Made by a program: the position numbers and the translations under genes
Part shown: piece after piece, positions 39,151-48,582 of the stretch
How positions within the stretch are numbered: the stretch's first letter is position 1
Layout of the letters: each line of letters begins with the position of its first letter
Notes under the pieces: generated by a model
What the model was told of the DNA's origin: nothing
Databases searched by the model: none
Seen by the model: the letters and a program-made list of their open reading frames with translations, nothing else
NCBI GenBank assembly: GCA_965217775.1
Contig: CBDCJH010000002.1
Span: 5,792,001 to 5,856,000 of the forward strand
Length of the DNA stretch: 64,000 nucleotides
Source: Acidobacteriota bacterium
Lineage (GTDB): Bacteria; Acidobacteriota; UBA6911; RPQK01; JAJDTT01
Direction: 5' to 3'

Positions 39151-40158
39151 ATGCAAGCGAGGGAAAATGGAAAGCGTTCTTTCAGAATAAACGGCGAGGC
39201 CGGTTCGCCTGCAGATCCGGGAAATCCAGCTCAGGTCCGGGACCCTCTCGTGCGCTACTCTTCAAAACCGGCGCTGGAATTGTCTCCCGCCATGCCGGCC
39301 CATGAGGCTCTCGGAAAGATCCATTTGGCCCTGGTGGGTGCGATCCTCCACAACCAGGAGGGTGTGCTCAAGAGTCGGGACCCGGAGTTCCTTCACGATT
39401 TCCGTGTCGCCGTACGCCGAGCTCGATCGGCCCTGACCCAGATCAAGGGGGTCTTCCCGGCGGTGGACGCCGATCCCATCAGAATCGCGCTCTCGTCGAT
39501 GACCCGGGTGACCGGTCCCGCCCGGGATCTGGATGTCTTTCTGGAGCGGCTGGAGGTCTACGAGTCCGGTCTTCCGAAGCGGATACGGCGAAACCTGATC
39601 CCGGTCAAGGAATCGGCGCGGCGCCGGCGAAGGGAAGAGCAACCTGTCCTGGCAAGAGTCCTGAACTCGGACGCATGGGCTGCGGCGGTGGGACGATGGG
39701 AAACCTTTCTGGGTGCCGGAACCGGGCTCCGGACCCTTCCCAAGAAGGGCCAGAGACCGATCGGGGCCGTGGCCACCAAGCGGATTCGGAAGGCCTATCG
39801 CCGGGTCGCACGCAGAGAGAGTCTCGCCGGATTGGAGATCGAGGCGTTGCATCGGCTTCGGATCGATTGCAAGAAGCTCCGCTACCTGCTCGAGTTCTTT
39901 CGCAGCCTTTATCCGCCCCGGGAGGCCGCTTTCCTGATCAAGAGGCTCAAGTCTCTACAGGGCGTGCTGGGAGACGTCCATGACCTGGCAGTCCATCAGG
40001 AGATGGCACGGCGGATCTGGACGGCCCTTCGTCCTCGACCTGACTTTTCACTGGGTCCGGATGACCTGGACCGCCGCCTGGAGCAGCTTCAGGCCCAGGC
40101 CCAAGACGCGACGGAGGGAAGATTCCAGCGGTTCCGCGCCCAAACCACACCTTGGTGA
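39151..40158 (+). CDS. CHAD domain protein (polyphosphate-binding)
   Basis: 'DPEFLHDFRVAVRRARS', 'RDLDV', 'LHRLRIDCKKLRYLLE', 'LQGVLGDVHD'. Confidence 0.92.
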   Translation: MQARENGKRSFRINGEAGSPADPGNPAQVRDPLVRYSSKPALELSPAMPAHEALGKIHLALVGAILHNQEGVLKSRDPEFLHDFRVAVRRARSALTQIKGVFPAVDADPIRIALSSMTRVTGPARDLDVFLERLEVYESGLPKRIRRNLIPVKESARRRRREEQPVLARVLNSDAWAAAVGRWETFLGAGTGLRTLPKKGQRPIGAVATKRIRKAYRRVARRESLAGLEIEALHRLRIDCKKLRYLLEFFRSLYPPREAAFLIKRLKSLQGVLGDVHDLAVHQEMARRIWTALRPRPDFSLGPDDLDRRLEQLQAQAQDATEGRFQRFRAQTTPW

Positions 40159-40210
40159 CCGGCGCGGAAGGCGCGCGCGAACAATGGTGATGTTTCCGAG
40201 CGGATTCGAA

Positions 40211-41719
40211 TCAGGAACAGCGAAGCGTATAACCGCCTGAACGGAGATATGCCCTCTCTTCATCCAGGTCGGCCCCGGTGAGGGGATGCTGGCGCAGCCA
40301 GCCGGCGGGAAACTCCAGGGTCACTCGCTTCTCCTCGGCTCGGAGCCGAGGTTCGGGCATGGGGATCGAGACCCGGCTGCGATGCAGCAAGGCCGAGAGC
40401 CGAAGCAGGATTGCCAGACGTTCCGCACTGTGAATCTGTTGCGCGGGCAACCGCTTGAACACGGAAATGGGGAACTTCCGCCGGTGCGCTCTGACCAGCG
40501 TGGCCAGGAGCGTCTGCTCCTCCCGTGAGAAGCCCAGCAGGTCGGAGTTGGCGATGACGTACTCGCCGTGCTTGTGGTAGTGATGGTGGGCGATGTCGAG
40601 TCCGATCTCGTGCAGTTGCGCCGCCCAGGAAACCATCAGCCGAGCTTCCCTGTAATCCAATTCCCAGCCTCGATCGGTCTGCTCCAGGAAGTCCAGGGCA
40701 GTCGTCCGAATTCGCTCCGCCTGCGGCCGGTCCACGTGGTAGCGTTCGGACAATGAGTCGACCGTCTGGCCGCGAACGTCCTCCTCACGGATGCGGCCCA
40801 TCAGATCGTAGAGAAGGCCCTCCCGCAGCGCGCCGTCGGCCGAACGCAGGTGCTCGATTCCCAGCGAATCGAATGCCGCCATGAGTACCACCAGTCCACC
40901 GGGGAAGACTCTTCGCCGCGCCGCGCGCAGTCCGTTGAACCGAAGCTTCCTGGTGGTCCCCGTCTTGAGGATCGCATCTCGAAGACGCCTGAGAGCTTCG
41001 GGGGTGATCCCGTCGCGGCTCCAGCCGGCGTTCCGGACCACGGCCTGGATGGCGCGAACGGTGCCCGAAGCGCCCAGGGCCTCTTCCCAAGCGAAATCCC
41101 GATAGCGTGCCTGGACCGATTCGAACTCCTGGTGCGCCGCCAGCTCGGCTCGCTTTCAGCGGCGGGAGGTAATTTCGCCGTCGTTGAAGTAGGTGCGGCT
41201 CATGGAGACACAGCCCAGATAGAGGCTTTCCATGCGGACGGCGTCGAAGGATTCCCCGGCGATCAGTTCGGTACTGCCGCCGCCGATGTCCACCACCAGC
41301 TTGCGTCCGGCCGGACTTGCCAGGCCGTGGACGACTCCCTGGTAGATGAGCCGGGTCTCCTCGATACCGGAGATGGTCTCGATGGGGTGGCCCAGGGCAG
41401 CTTCGGCCTGGACCAGAAATTCCTGAGCGTCGTGAGCACTCCGGAAGGTATTGGTTCCCACGGCACGGACTCTTTCGGGAGCCATGTACATCACCCGCTG
41501 CCCGAAGCGCCTCAGACAGTCGAGAGCACGAAGCTGGGCGTCGCGGGAGAGCCGTCTGGAGGAGTCGAGTCCAGCCGCCAACTGGACCATCTCCCGTAGC
41601 CGATCCAGGACCAGAACGTCCCCCGACCTGGCGCGCGCCACGATCATGTGGAAGCTGTTGGAGCCCAGGTCCACCGCGGCCACGGAATGCCTGTCGAGGG
41701 TTTCGATGTTTCGTTGCAT
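40211..41719 (-). pseudogene. ppx: Exopolyphosphatase Ppx/GppA interrupted by an in-frame TGA at 41156-41158
   Basis: ORFs 41156-41719 and 40211-41041 share one frame; reading through gives EITSRR*KRAELAA...WEEALGASGTVRAI; motifs 'AVDLGSNSFH', 'DIGGGSTE', 'GALREG', 'LHEIG'. Confidence 0.9.
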
Positions 41720-41873
41720 CGGTCAGGGGCGCACTCGGGTCGGCCGGCGGCAAAAGCCGACACGGCATCTCTCGGGAACTTGCATACCTGATTCCGCCCC
41801 ACCTCTCAATACTCGTTGCGGGTTCCCTTGCGGGATCCGGCCTTGATATGGTCAAATTTACGAAATCTTCACA

Positions 41874-44060
41874 ATGTCAGCGGTTTCTGGAACAGCATCT
41901 CCGTCCCTGTCCCGCATCACGTTGGATTCCCCTGAAGCCTATCTCAACCGGGAGTTGAGCTGGCTGGGCTTCGCCAGCCGCGTCGTCGCCCTGGTCGAGA
42001 ATCGTGAACTTCCCCTCCTCGAGCGGGTCAAGTTCGCCGGGATCGCCGGCATGCTTCATGACGAGTTTTTCATGAAGCGGATCAGCGGACTGAAGCGCCA
42101 GATCCGAAATCGCTCCAAGAAAACCACCATCGACGGCCGCTCACCCGAAACCGTGTTCCGGGCCTGTCAGGCCGAACTGCGGAAACAGTCCAGGAGGCTG
42201 GGCGAGACGCTATTGGGGGATCTGGGCCCGGCCATGGCGGCCGAGGGAGTGGGAATTGTCGATTACGATCAGTTGGAGGCGTCGCTGAGACAGCATCTGC
42301 GCGAATATTTCCAGGATTCGGTGATGCCGATCCTGACGCCGCTGGCCGTGGACCCGGAGCATCCCTTCCCCTTCATCAGCAACCTGGGACTCAATCTGGC
42401 GATTCTCTTCCCCGATGACGATGGACGCGAGCGGTTCGTCCGGATCAAGGTGCCGGACAATCGTCCCCGCTGGGTTCCCCTCGCGGACGATTCCGGCTTC
42501 ACGCCCTTGGAGCAGGTCATTGCCGGGAACATCGATCTGCTGTACCCGGAGATCCCTCCTCTGGGAATCTACGCCTTCCGCGTGACCAGAGGCAGCTCGG
42601 GAGACCCGGACCGCTTCCGGGATCTTTTGGAGGACGAGTCCCAGGCACCGGGCAGCATCATTCAGCAAGTGAGCAGCGAACTGAAGGCCAGACGCTTTGC
42701 AGGTGCGGTCCGGCTCCAGGTGAATCGGGACATGCCGGCGAAGCTCGGCGAGTGGCTGGTCCGGCAGTTGGAGATGGATTCCGATGACGTCTATCCCACA
42801 AGGCAGTTGCTCAGACTCAGCGACTTGGCCGAAATCAATCCGGGAGACCACGAGGACCTTCGTTTTCCGCCCCATCGTCCCATGACACATCCCCGCCTGC
42901 GTCCCCTGGAATTTGGCCACCCCACCGCCATCTTCCAAGAGATCGGACGAGGCGACATTCTGCTCCATCATCCGTATTACAGCTTCGATACCTCGGTCCT
43001 GAGGTTCATCGAGGCCGCCGCCATCGATCCGGACGTCCTGGCCATCAAGCTGACCATCTACCGGACCAGCGGCGATTCGCCCATCGTCAAGGCGCTGGCC
43101 GAAGCCGCCCGGAGAGGCAAGCAGGTGGCGGTGCTGGTGGAGGTGACGGCTCGATTCGACGAGGCTCCCAACATCGCGTGGGGGAAGTATCTGGAAAACG
43201 AGGGCGTCCACGTGGCTTACGGCGTGGAGCGGCTCAAGACCCACGTCAAGCTGGCCCTGGTGCTTCGAGAGGAAGGGCAGGGGAGGATCCGCTATTACGC
43301 CCACGTGGGAACGGGCAACTACCATACGGGAACGGCGAAAGTGTACGAGGACGTGGGGATCCTGACCTCCGACCCGGAGGTCTGCCGCGACATCGCGGCG
43401 GTCTTCAACTCGCTGACGGGAAAGACGCCGCACACTCGGTACTCGCAGATGATCGTCGCCCCGGTGGCCATGCGCAAACGATTCAATCAGCTCATCCGCC
43501 GAGAAGCCGAACACGCGGCCGCCGGTAGGCCTTGCGGCATCGACGCCAAGATGAATCAGCTTCAGGACGCGGGAATCATTCGGGAACTCTACCGGGCCGG
43601 ACAGGCCGGAGTACCCATCTCCCTGAACATTCGGGGTCTCTGCTGTCTCAGGCCGGGAGTCCCAGTGCTTTCCGAGAACATTCGGGTGTTCAGTGTCCTG
43701 GGGCGCTTTCTGGAGCACAGCCGGATCTACCGATTCGTCAACGGCGGCGATCCCGAGGTCTTCATCGGCTCTGCGGACTGGATGAAGCGGAACCTGAAGA
43801 AAAGGGTGGAGACCGTGGTGCCGGTTCGGGACCCGGCCTTGAAGCAGGAGCTGGACGAAATCCTGCAGGTCTACGAGCGAGACAATGCGTCGGCCTGGGA
43901 CTGCCGGCCGGATGGAACGTATATGGGCCGGTCGCCTGAACCTGGACAGCCATCGCGCGCGGCCCAGGAAGTCTTCATCGAGCGGGCCGGCAGCACATCG
44001 GATCTCGCCGGCCTGCAATCCGGGCATCGATGGAGCAAGACGACACTCCGGCATTTCTGA
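41874..44060 (+). CDS. ppk1: Polyphosphate kinase 1
   Basis: 'YLNRELSWL', 'HPFPFISN', 'LLHHPYYSF', 'KTHVK', 'GTGNY', 'GRFLEHSRIY', 'SADWMKRN'. Confidence 0.96.
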   Translation: MSAVSGTASPSLSRITLDSPEAYLNRELSWLGFASRVVALVENRELPLLERVKFAGIAGMLHDEFFMKRISGLKRQIRNRSKKTTIDGRSPETVFRACQAELRKQSRRLGETLLGDLGPAMAAEGVGIVDYDQLEASLRQHLREYFQDSVMPILTPLAVDPEHPFPFISNLGLNLAILFPDDDGRERFVRIKVPDNRPRWVPLADDSGFTPLEQVIAGNIDLLYPEIPPLGIYAFRVTRGSSGDPDRFRDLLEDESQAPGSIIQQVSSELKARRFAGAVRLQVNRDMPAKLGEWLVRQLEMDSDDVYPTRQLLRLSDLAEINPGDHEDLRFPPHRPMTHPRLRPLEFGHPTAIFQEIGRGDILLHHPYYSFDTSVLRFIEAAAIDPDVLAIKLTIYRTSGDSPIVKALAEAARRGKQVAVLVEVTARFDEAPNIAWGKYLENEGVHVAYGVERLKTHVKLALVLREEGQGRIRYYAHVGTGNYHTGTAKVYEDVGILTSDPEVCRDIAAVFNSLTGKTPHTRYSQMIVAPVAMRKRFNQLIRREAEHAAAGRPCGIDAKMNQLQDAGIIRELYRAGQAGVPISLNIRGLCCLRPGVPVLSENIRVFSVLGRFLEHSRIYRFVNGGDPEVFIGSADWMKRNLKKRVETVVPVRDPALKQELDEILQVYERDNASAWDCRPDGTYMGRSPEPGQPSRAAQEVFIERAGSTSDLAGLQSGHRWSKTTLRHF

Positions 44061-44214
44061 AGTGCTTCCCCACCGTTGGGACGGCTCGCCACTTCCCTGC
44101 TTCCAAATTTGTTCTGATTTTCTTGGGATCCTCAGCCCGGCATCACGTTGCGTAGGGCATTCTGACGGAACCGGTTGCTACTCTCTGGAGGGTGGCAACG
44201 GGCCGCTGGATGCC

Positions 44215-44821
44215 ATGAGCAATCTGCTGCCGCAAGATCGGCCGACCAGGGTCGACGAGTCGTTGGCTCGACTGGGGGTCCAACCCGGGCGGGTCCGGAC
44301 CTACCCTTTCTCCGAAGGGGACGTTACGGCGGGGTCGGAGACGGAACTCCAGGCCGCCGTCATCGGGACGGCGGAACGAGTCGACCTGCCCCTCACCATA
44401 CGGCAGTCCAACTATTTCGCCAACGTGGTCCGCCGGGCCGCCGCCGGAGACACGTGCCGCCGGGCCATCATCCGGTTGGAGGCCCATCTCGAGAGCGGGT
44501 CTGGACGGCGCCAAGGTGGTTCCGGTTCAAGCCTTGAGCGCCCTGGCCCTGGTCTTGTCCGGTCTGGCGGGAGTGTCTCTCTTCCTGCACTCCCGCTACG
44601 GCGCCGCCGTGCTGGTCACGGCCCTGGTTTCCCAACTATGGCGAGCCTATTCGGAAGGACTCCGGGCCGATTTCCGAGGGGACCATCCGGTCTCCGCCTA
44701 TCGGATTCTGAGCCTGGCGGCGGCGGCCGGCGCCGTGGATGATTTTTCCACGGGCTTTTCACCCCAGCTTCATCCAATCGGAGGCTTCGCATCGGCCCTC
44801 GCTGATAATGTATTTCACGGG
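44215..44821 (+). pseudogene. Deletion scar: N-terminal fragment of a conserved hypothetical protein joined out of frame to a membrane-protein C-terminal fragment
   Basis: From ATG 44215 the frame is protein-like ('PFSEGDVTAGSETELQAAV...VDLPLTIRQSNYFANVVRR') to ~44495; another frame then reads 'GLDGAKVVPVQAL...QLWRAYSEGLRADFRG', recalled as resembling Lgt-like C-termini. Confidence 0.55.
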
Positions 44822-46063
44822 ATGAGTTCACCGCATCGGAGGTCTTCCGGTTCCGAACAGGCTCCCGGCACGCCGGTCGCCGGCTCCAAGCCCGTGGTGC
44901 TGGGCAGATCCGGTCCGTTGCCGAGAACGGCCATATTCACCGACACCCTGGACCAGGTGAATGGCGTGTCCAACACCTACCAGTACCTGGCGGCCTACTG
45001 CCGGCGGCGAAAGATCGACCTGGACTTCTACACCTATGGTTCGCGGACGTCTCTGGAGCAGCAGGGTTCGGTCCGGATCTTTCGCTACCGGCCCCGGCTC
45101 CCTATTCGTTATTACGCCGGCCTGGTCTTCGACCTTTGGACGCCCCGAGGAAACCTCCAGGAAGATTGCCGCGAGGGAGGATACGACCTGATCCACGCGG
45201 CGACCCCGGGGTCCATGGGCCTCAACGCCCTGGCCGCCGCCGCCAAGCTGGGACTTCCCCTGGTGGGCGTGTACCACACGGCTCTGCCCGAGTACGTGGG
45301 AACCCGACGGCGGAGTCTCATGGCGAGGCTGGGGCTTCCCTCCGATCTCCTGGAGCAGTCCACGTTGGAGGGTTGCTGGAAGTTCGTCGAGTGGTACTAC
45401 CGGCATTGCGAGAAGGTCCTGGCTCCGTCCCGCAGCATCGCCCGGACCCTGGGACGGAGGATCCGTGTCCCCATGGATTGCTTCTCCCGGGGCGTCGACA
45501 CGCGGAGATTCAGTCCGGAGCATCGCCGGGAGTCCTCCCGGACCACGGTCCTCTACGTGGGCCGCGTCTCGGTGGAGAAGAACCTTCCGTTGCTGGCGCG
45601 GATCTTTCGACGGCATGGTGACGCCCGCCTGCAGGTGGTGGGAGACGGACCCTTTCGCAATCGTATGGAGCGGGAAGCGCCGGCTGCGAACTTCACCGGA
45701 TTTCTGACCGGACTCGAACTGAGCCGGGCCTACGCGTCGGCGGATCTGTTCGCCTTCCCTTCGGAGACCGACACCTTCGGCAACGTGGTTCTGGAGGCCA
45801 TGAGTTCGGGCCTGCCGGTCGTCGTCACCGACAAGATGGGCCCCAAGGAACTGGTCGAACACGGTTCCAACGGTTTCGTCGCGTCCAATGACCAGGAGTT
45901 CGAACTCTACCTGAATCGATTGATCCAGGACGAGGCGCTACGAGGAGACCTGGGTGCCCGATCCCGGGAGATGGCGCTGGAGCGGACCTGGGACGCGGTC
46001 TTCGAATCGCTGTTCGACTGCTACCGGGAAGTCGTCCAGGGGCATCGGGAACGAGTGGCGTAG
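44822..46063 (+). CDS. GT4 family glycosyltransferase
   Basis: 'AIFTDTLDQVNGVS', 'IHAATPG', 'YHT', 'YVGRVSVEKN', 'TDTFGNVVLEAMSSGLPV'. Start uncertain; ORF is open from 44516. Confidence 0.9.
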   Translation: MSSPHRRSSGSEQAPGTPVAGSKPVVLGRSGPLPRTAIFTDTLDQVNGVSNTYQYLAAYCRRRKIDLDFYTYGSRTSLEQQGSVRIFRYRPRLPIRYYAGLVFDLWTPRGNLQEDCREGGYDLIHAATPGSMGLNALAAAAKLGLPLVGVYHTALPEYVGTRRRSLMARLGLPSDLLEQSTLEGCWKFVEWYYRHCEKVLAPSRSIARTLGRRIRVPMDCFSRGVDTRRFSPEHRRESSRTTVLYVGRVSVEKNLPLLARIFRRHGDARLQVVGDGPFRNRMEREAPAANFTGFLTGLELSRAYASADLFAFPSETDTFGNVVLEAMSSGLPVVVTDKMGPKELVEHGSNGFVASNDQEFELYLNRLIQDEALRGDLGARSREMALERTWDAVFESLFDCYREVVQGHRERVA

Positions 46064-46106
46064 TCCGGATCGGTTCGCCGAATCCAAGACGGAAAGGAGA
46101 TCCAGG

Positions 46107-47141
46107 GTGAGACCATCACTGGGGACAGGTTCGACCGGCGGCGCCTCCGGCTATGGGAAGCGCATGATCTCTTCGCGCAAGGCCCGCCGGCTCGTGGCTC
46201 AAGGATGGAAGGCCGCGGACCTGCACGTCCACACCCGTTTTTCGTATGACGTCATCGCCGACACCTCCGTCGACCCCCGATTCCTCTACCAGAAGGCGAG
46301 GGATGCGGGAATGTCGTTCGTGACCTTCACCGACCACGACACGATGGCGGCTTACGACTGCATCGGCTGGGAACGGTCTGCTCTGGTGCCGGCGGTGGAG
46401 GTCAAGATCCTGGACCTTGCCCGGGTCGGACACACCATCCACATCAACGTCTACCTGCTGGACCACCGCCAATTCCGGGAGATCGAACGGATCGCCCGGC
46501 AGGCGCAGGATCTGGAACTGCTGGTGACCTACCTGAACGACAACGATCTTCCCTATACCTACAATCACCCGTTCTGGTTCGAGTTCGGTGAGCAGCCGAA
46601 CCTCAAGATGGTGCCCCAGCTCTTCGAAATCTTTCCCGTCGTGGAATACAACATGCACCGGGTCCGGAGAATGAACCGTCTGACTCTGGAATTGGCCGAG
46701 AGGTACGGCGTGGGCATGGTGTCGGCGACCGACACCCATACCGGACAGATCGCCCGAGCCTACACCCTGGCTCAGGGAGAGACCTTCCGGGAGTACTTCG
46801 AGAATATCAAGGCCGGGAACTTCTATCTGGTGGCCCGGGATCTGACTGCCGAGATGCTCACCTCGGAGACCTTGGCCTGGCTGGACGCCGCCTTTTGGAA
46901 CTCGGGATACGATTTCGGAATGGGCAAGCGGTTGATCACCGGGGTCGGCCGGATAGACCAGGGAGTGAGGGTGGTCCTGCGAGGAGAACTCAAGCATCGG
47001 CCCCGTCTGCGAGCCCTGATCTGGGGTCTGATCCACTTGGTGTCCGTCACCCGGATTCCGGCGTTCGTCTACGTTTCGACCCAACGGGCCGCCGGCCGCA
47101 GGGTGGTCCGCGAGATGCGCCTGGCAGGGGCGATTTCGTGA
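46107..47141 (+). CDS. PHP domain protein (metal-dependent phosphoesterase-like)
   Basis: GTG 46107 after AAGGAG; 'ADLHVHT', 'TFTDHDT', 'NHPFW', 'TDTH'. Confidence 0.82.
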   Translation: MRPSLGTGSTGGASGYGKRMISSRKARRLVAQGWKAADLHVHTRFSYDVIADTSVDPRFLYQKARDAGMSFVTFTDHDTMAAYDCIGWERSALVPAVEVKILDLARVGHTIHINVYLLDHRQFREIERIARQAQDLELLVTYLNDNDLPYTYNHPFWFEFGEQPNLKMVPQLFEIFPVVEYNMHRVRRMNRLTLELAERYGVGMVSATDTHTGQIARAYTLAQGETFREYFENIKAGNFYLVARDLTAEMLTSETLAWLDAAFWNSGYDFGMGKRLITGVGRIDQGVRVVLRGELKHRPRLRALIWGLIHLVSVTRIPAFVYVSTQRAAGRRVVREMRLAGAIS

Positions 47142-47223
47142 CCATCTGGCCGATACTGGTTCTGGCCTCGGGTCTTCCTTCACGCGGGACAGGCTTCGGT
47201 CCGCGGCAACTGACCAACTCAGG

Positions 47224-48582
47224 TTACACGTCCGAAAGGAGCTCCACCTGCCCGGTGCTGTCGCCGATGCGCTCGACCGGAACTCCCAGTTGGCTCAGAA
47301 CCGTCATATAGAGGTTCGTCAGCGGAGTCCCCTCCTCGAACCCAACGTGACGGCCTCCCTTGATCCGTCCCGCGCCCCCGCCGGCCAACAGAAGGGGCAG
47401 GTTGCGGGGAGTGTGCAGGTCGCTGTCGCTCATGCCGCTTCCGTAGAGGAGGGTCACCTGGTCCAGCAGCGAGCCGTCCCCCTCGGGGGTGGATCGCAGC
47501 TGCTCCAGGAAATAGGCGAACATCCGCATGTGGAGAATGCTGACTCGAGTCAGTTTTTCCAGCTTTTCCGGATCGTTCTGGTGATGGGAGAGGGGATGGT
47601 GGGGATCGGGGACTCCGATCTCGGGATAGGTCCGCTGGCTCAGCTCCCGTCCCATCATGAAGGTGATGACGCGGGTGAGGTCCGACTGGTACGCCAGGAC
47701 CTGGAGGTCGATCATCAGCTTGGCATGCGCTTCGAAGCTGCCGGGGATCCCGGCGGGTCGATCCAGCACCGCCGCCTGCCTGCCGGCTTGGGTTTCCGCG
47801 ATCTGGATCCTCCGCTCCACGTCCCGAACCGCGTCCAGGTATTCGACCAGCTTGTTGCGGTCGCCGGCGCCGATCCGCGATTGCAGCCGGGCCGCTTTCC
47901 GGGTGACCGAATCCAGAATGCTTCGTTTGGTCCGGATTCGGCGGAGCCGCTCGGCCGGGTCGGTGCTCTCCTGGTCGCCGAAGAGGCGTTCGAAGACCGC
48001 CCGGGGGTTGTTCTCCGTGGGCAGGGGAGTGGTGGAGTTCCGCCAGGAGAGCGTGTTGATGTAGGAGCAACTGTAGCCGACGTCGCAGGCTCCCGCCAGG
48101 TCGGTCGCCTCCAGTCCCAATTCCAGCGACGCCAGTTGTGTGTGCCGGCCGTATTGGCCAGCCGCGATCTGGTCGAACGAGACTCCGGCTTCGACCCCGG
48201 CCCCCTCCGTCGGCTTCACGTGTACGCCGGTCAGAAACGCGCCCCCGATCCGTCCATGTCCACCGGCGGGTTCGCCGGGCAGCGCCACGGCCGGCTCGTT
48301 GCTGAGTCCGGTCAAGACCAGAATGCGGTCCTTGAACGGAGTCAACGGGTCCAGGATGGGGGTGAATTCGAACTCGGCTCCCTGGGCTGCAGGGGTCCAA
48401 CTCTCCATCACCGCTCCATGAGGCACATAGACCACTCCCAGACGGTCCGCCGGGGGACTCGTCCCGGCACGTCCGGCGGCCAAGGCCGGCACCATACTGT
48501 CCAACAGGGGCAGTCCGATGGCGGCGCCCAGCCCGCGGAGGAACGTGCGGCGGGGCAGGGAGATCTTGCGGATGATCCTCAT
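47224..48582 (-). CDS. DUF1552 domain protein (Tat-like signal)
   Basis: 'RRTFLRGLGAAIGLPLLDSM', 'NPRAVFERLFG', 'DLTRVITFM', 'EGDGSLLD'. Confidence 0.9.
   Translation of the reverse strand: MRIIRKISLPRRTFLRGLGAAIGLPLLDSMVPALAAGRAGTSPPADRLGVVYVPHGAVMESWTPAAQGAEFEFTPILDPLTPFKDRILVLTGLSNEPAVALPGEPAGGHGRIGGAFLTGVHVKPTEGAGVEAGVSFDQIAAGQYGRHTQLASLELGLEATDLAGACDVGYSCSYINTLSWRNSTTPLPTENNPRAVFERLFGDQESTDPAERLRRIRTKRSILDSVTRKAARLQSRIGAGDRNKLVEYLDAVRDVERRIQIAETQAGRQAAVLDRPAGIPGSFEAHAKLMIDLQVLAYQSDLTRVITFMMGRELSQRTYPEIGVPDPHHPLSHHQNDPEKLEKLTRVSILHMRMFAYFLEQLRSTPEGDGSLLDQVTLLYGSGMSDSDLHTPRNLPLLLAGGGAGRIKGGRHVGFEEGTPLTNLYMTVLSQLGVPVERIGDSTGQVELLSDV

Noticed and set aside
41156-41158. Selenocysteine or genetic-code reassignment at the ppx TGA
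   Set aside because: No clear SECIS-like hairpin, no reason to expect Cys here, and TGA terminates many neighbouring genes.
42210-44054. 614-aa minus ORF, and similar long antisense ORFs elsewhere
   Set aside because: Shadows of real high-GC genes, with no recognisable motifs.
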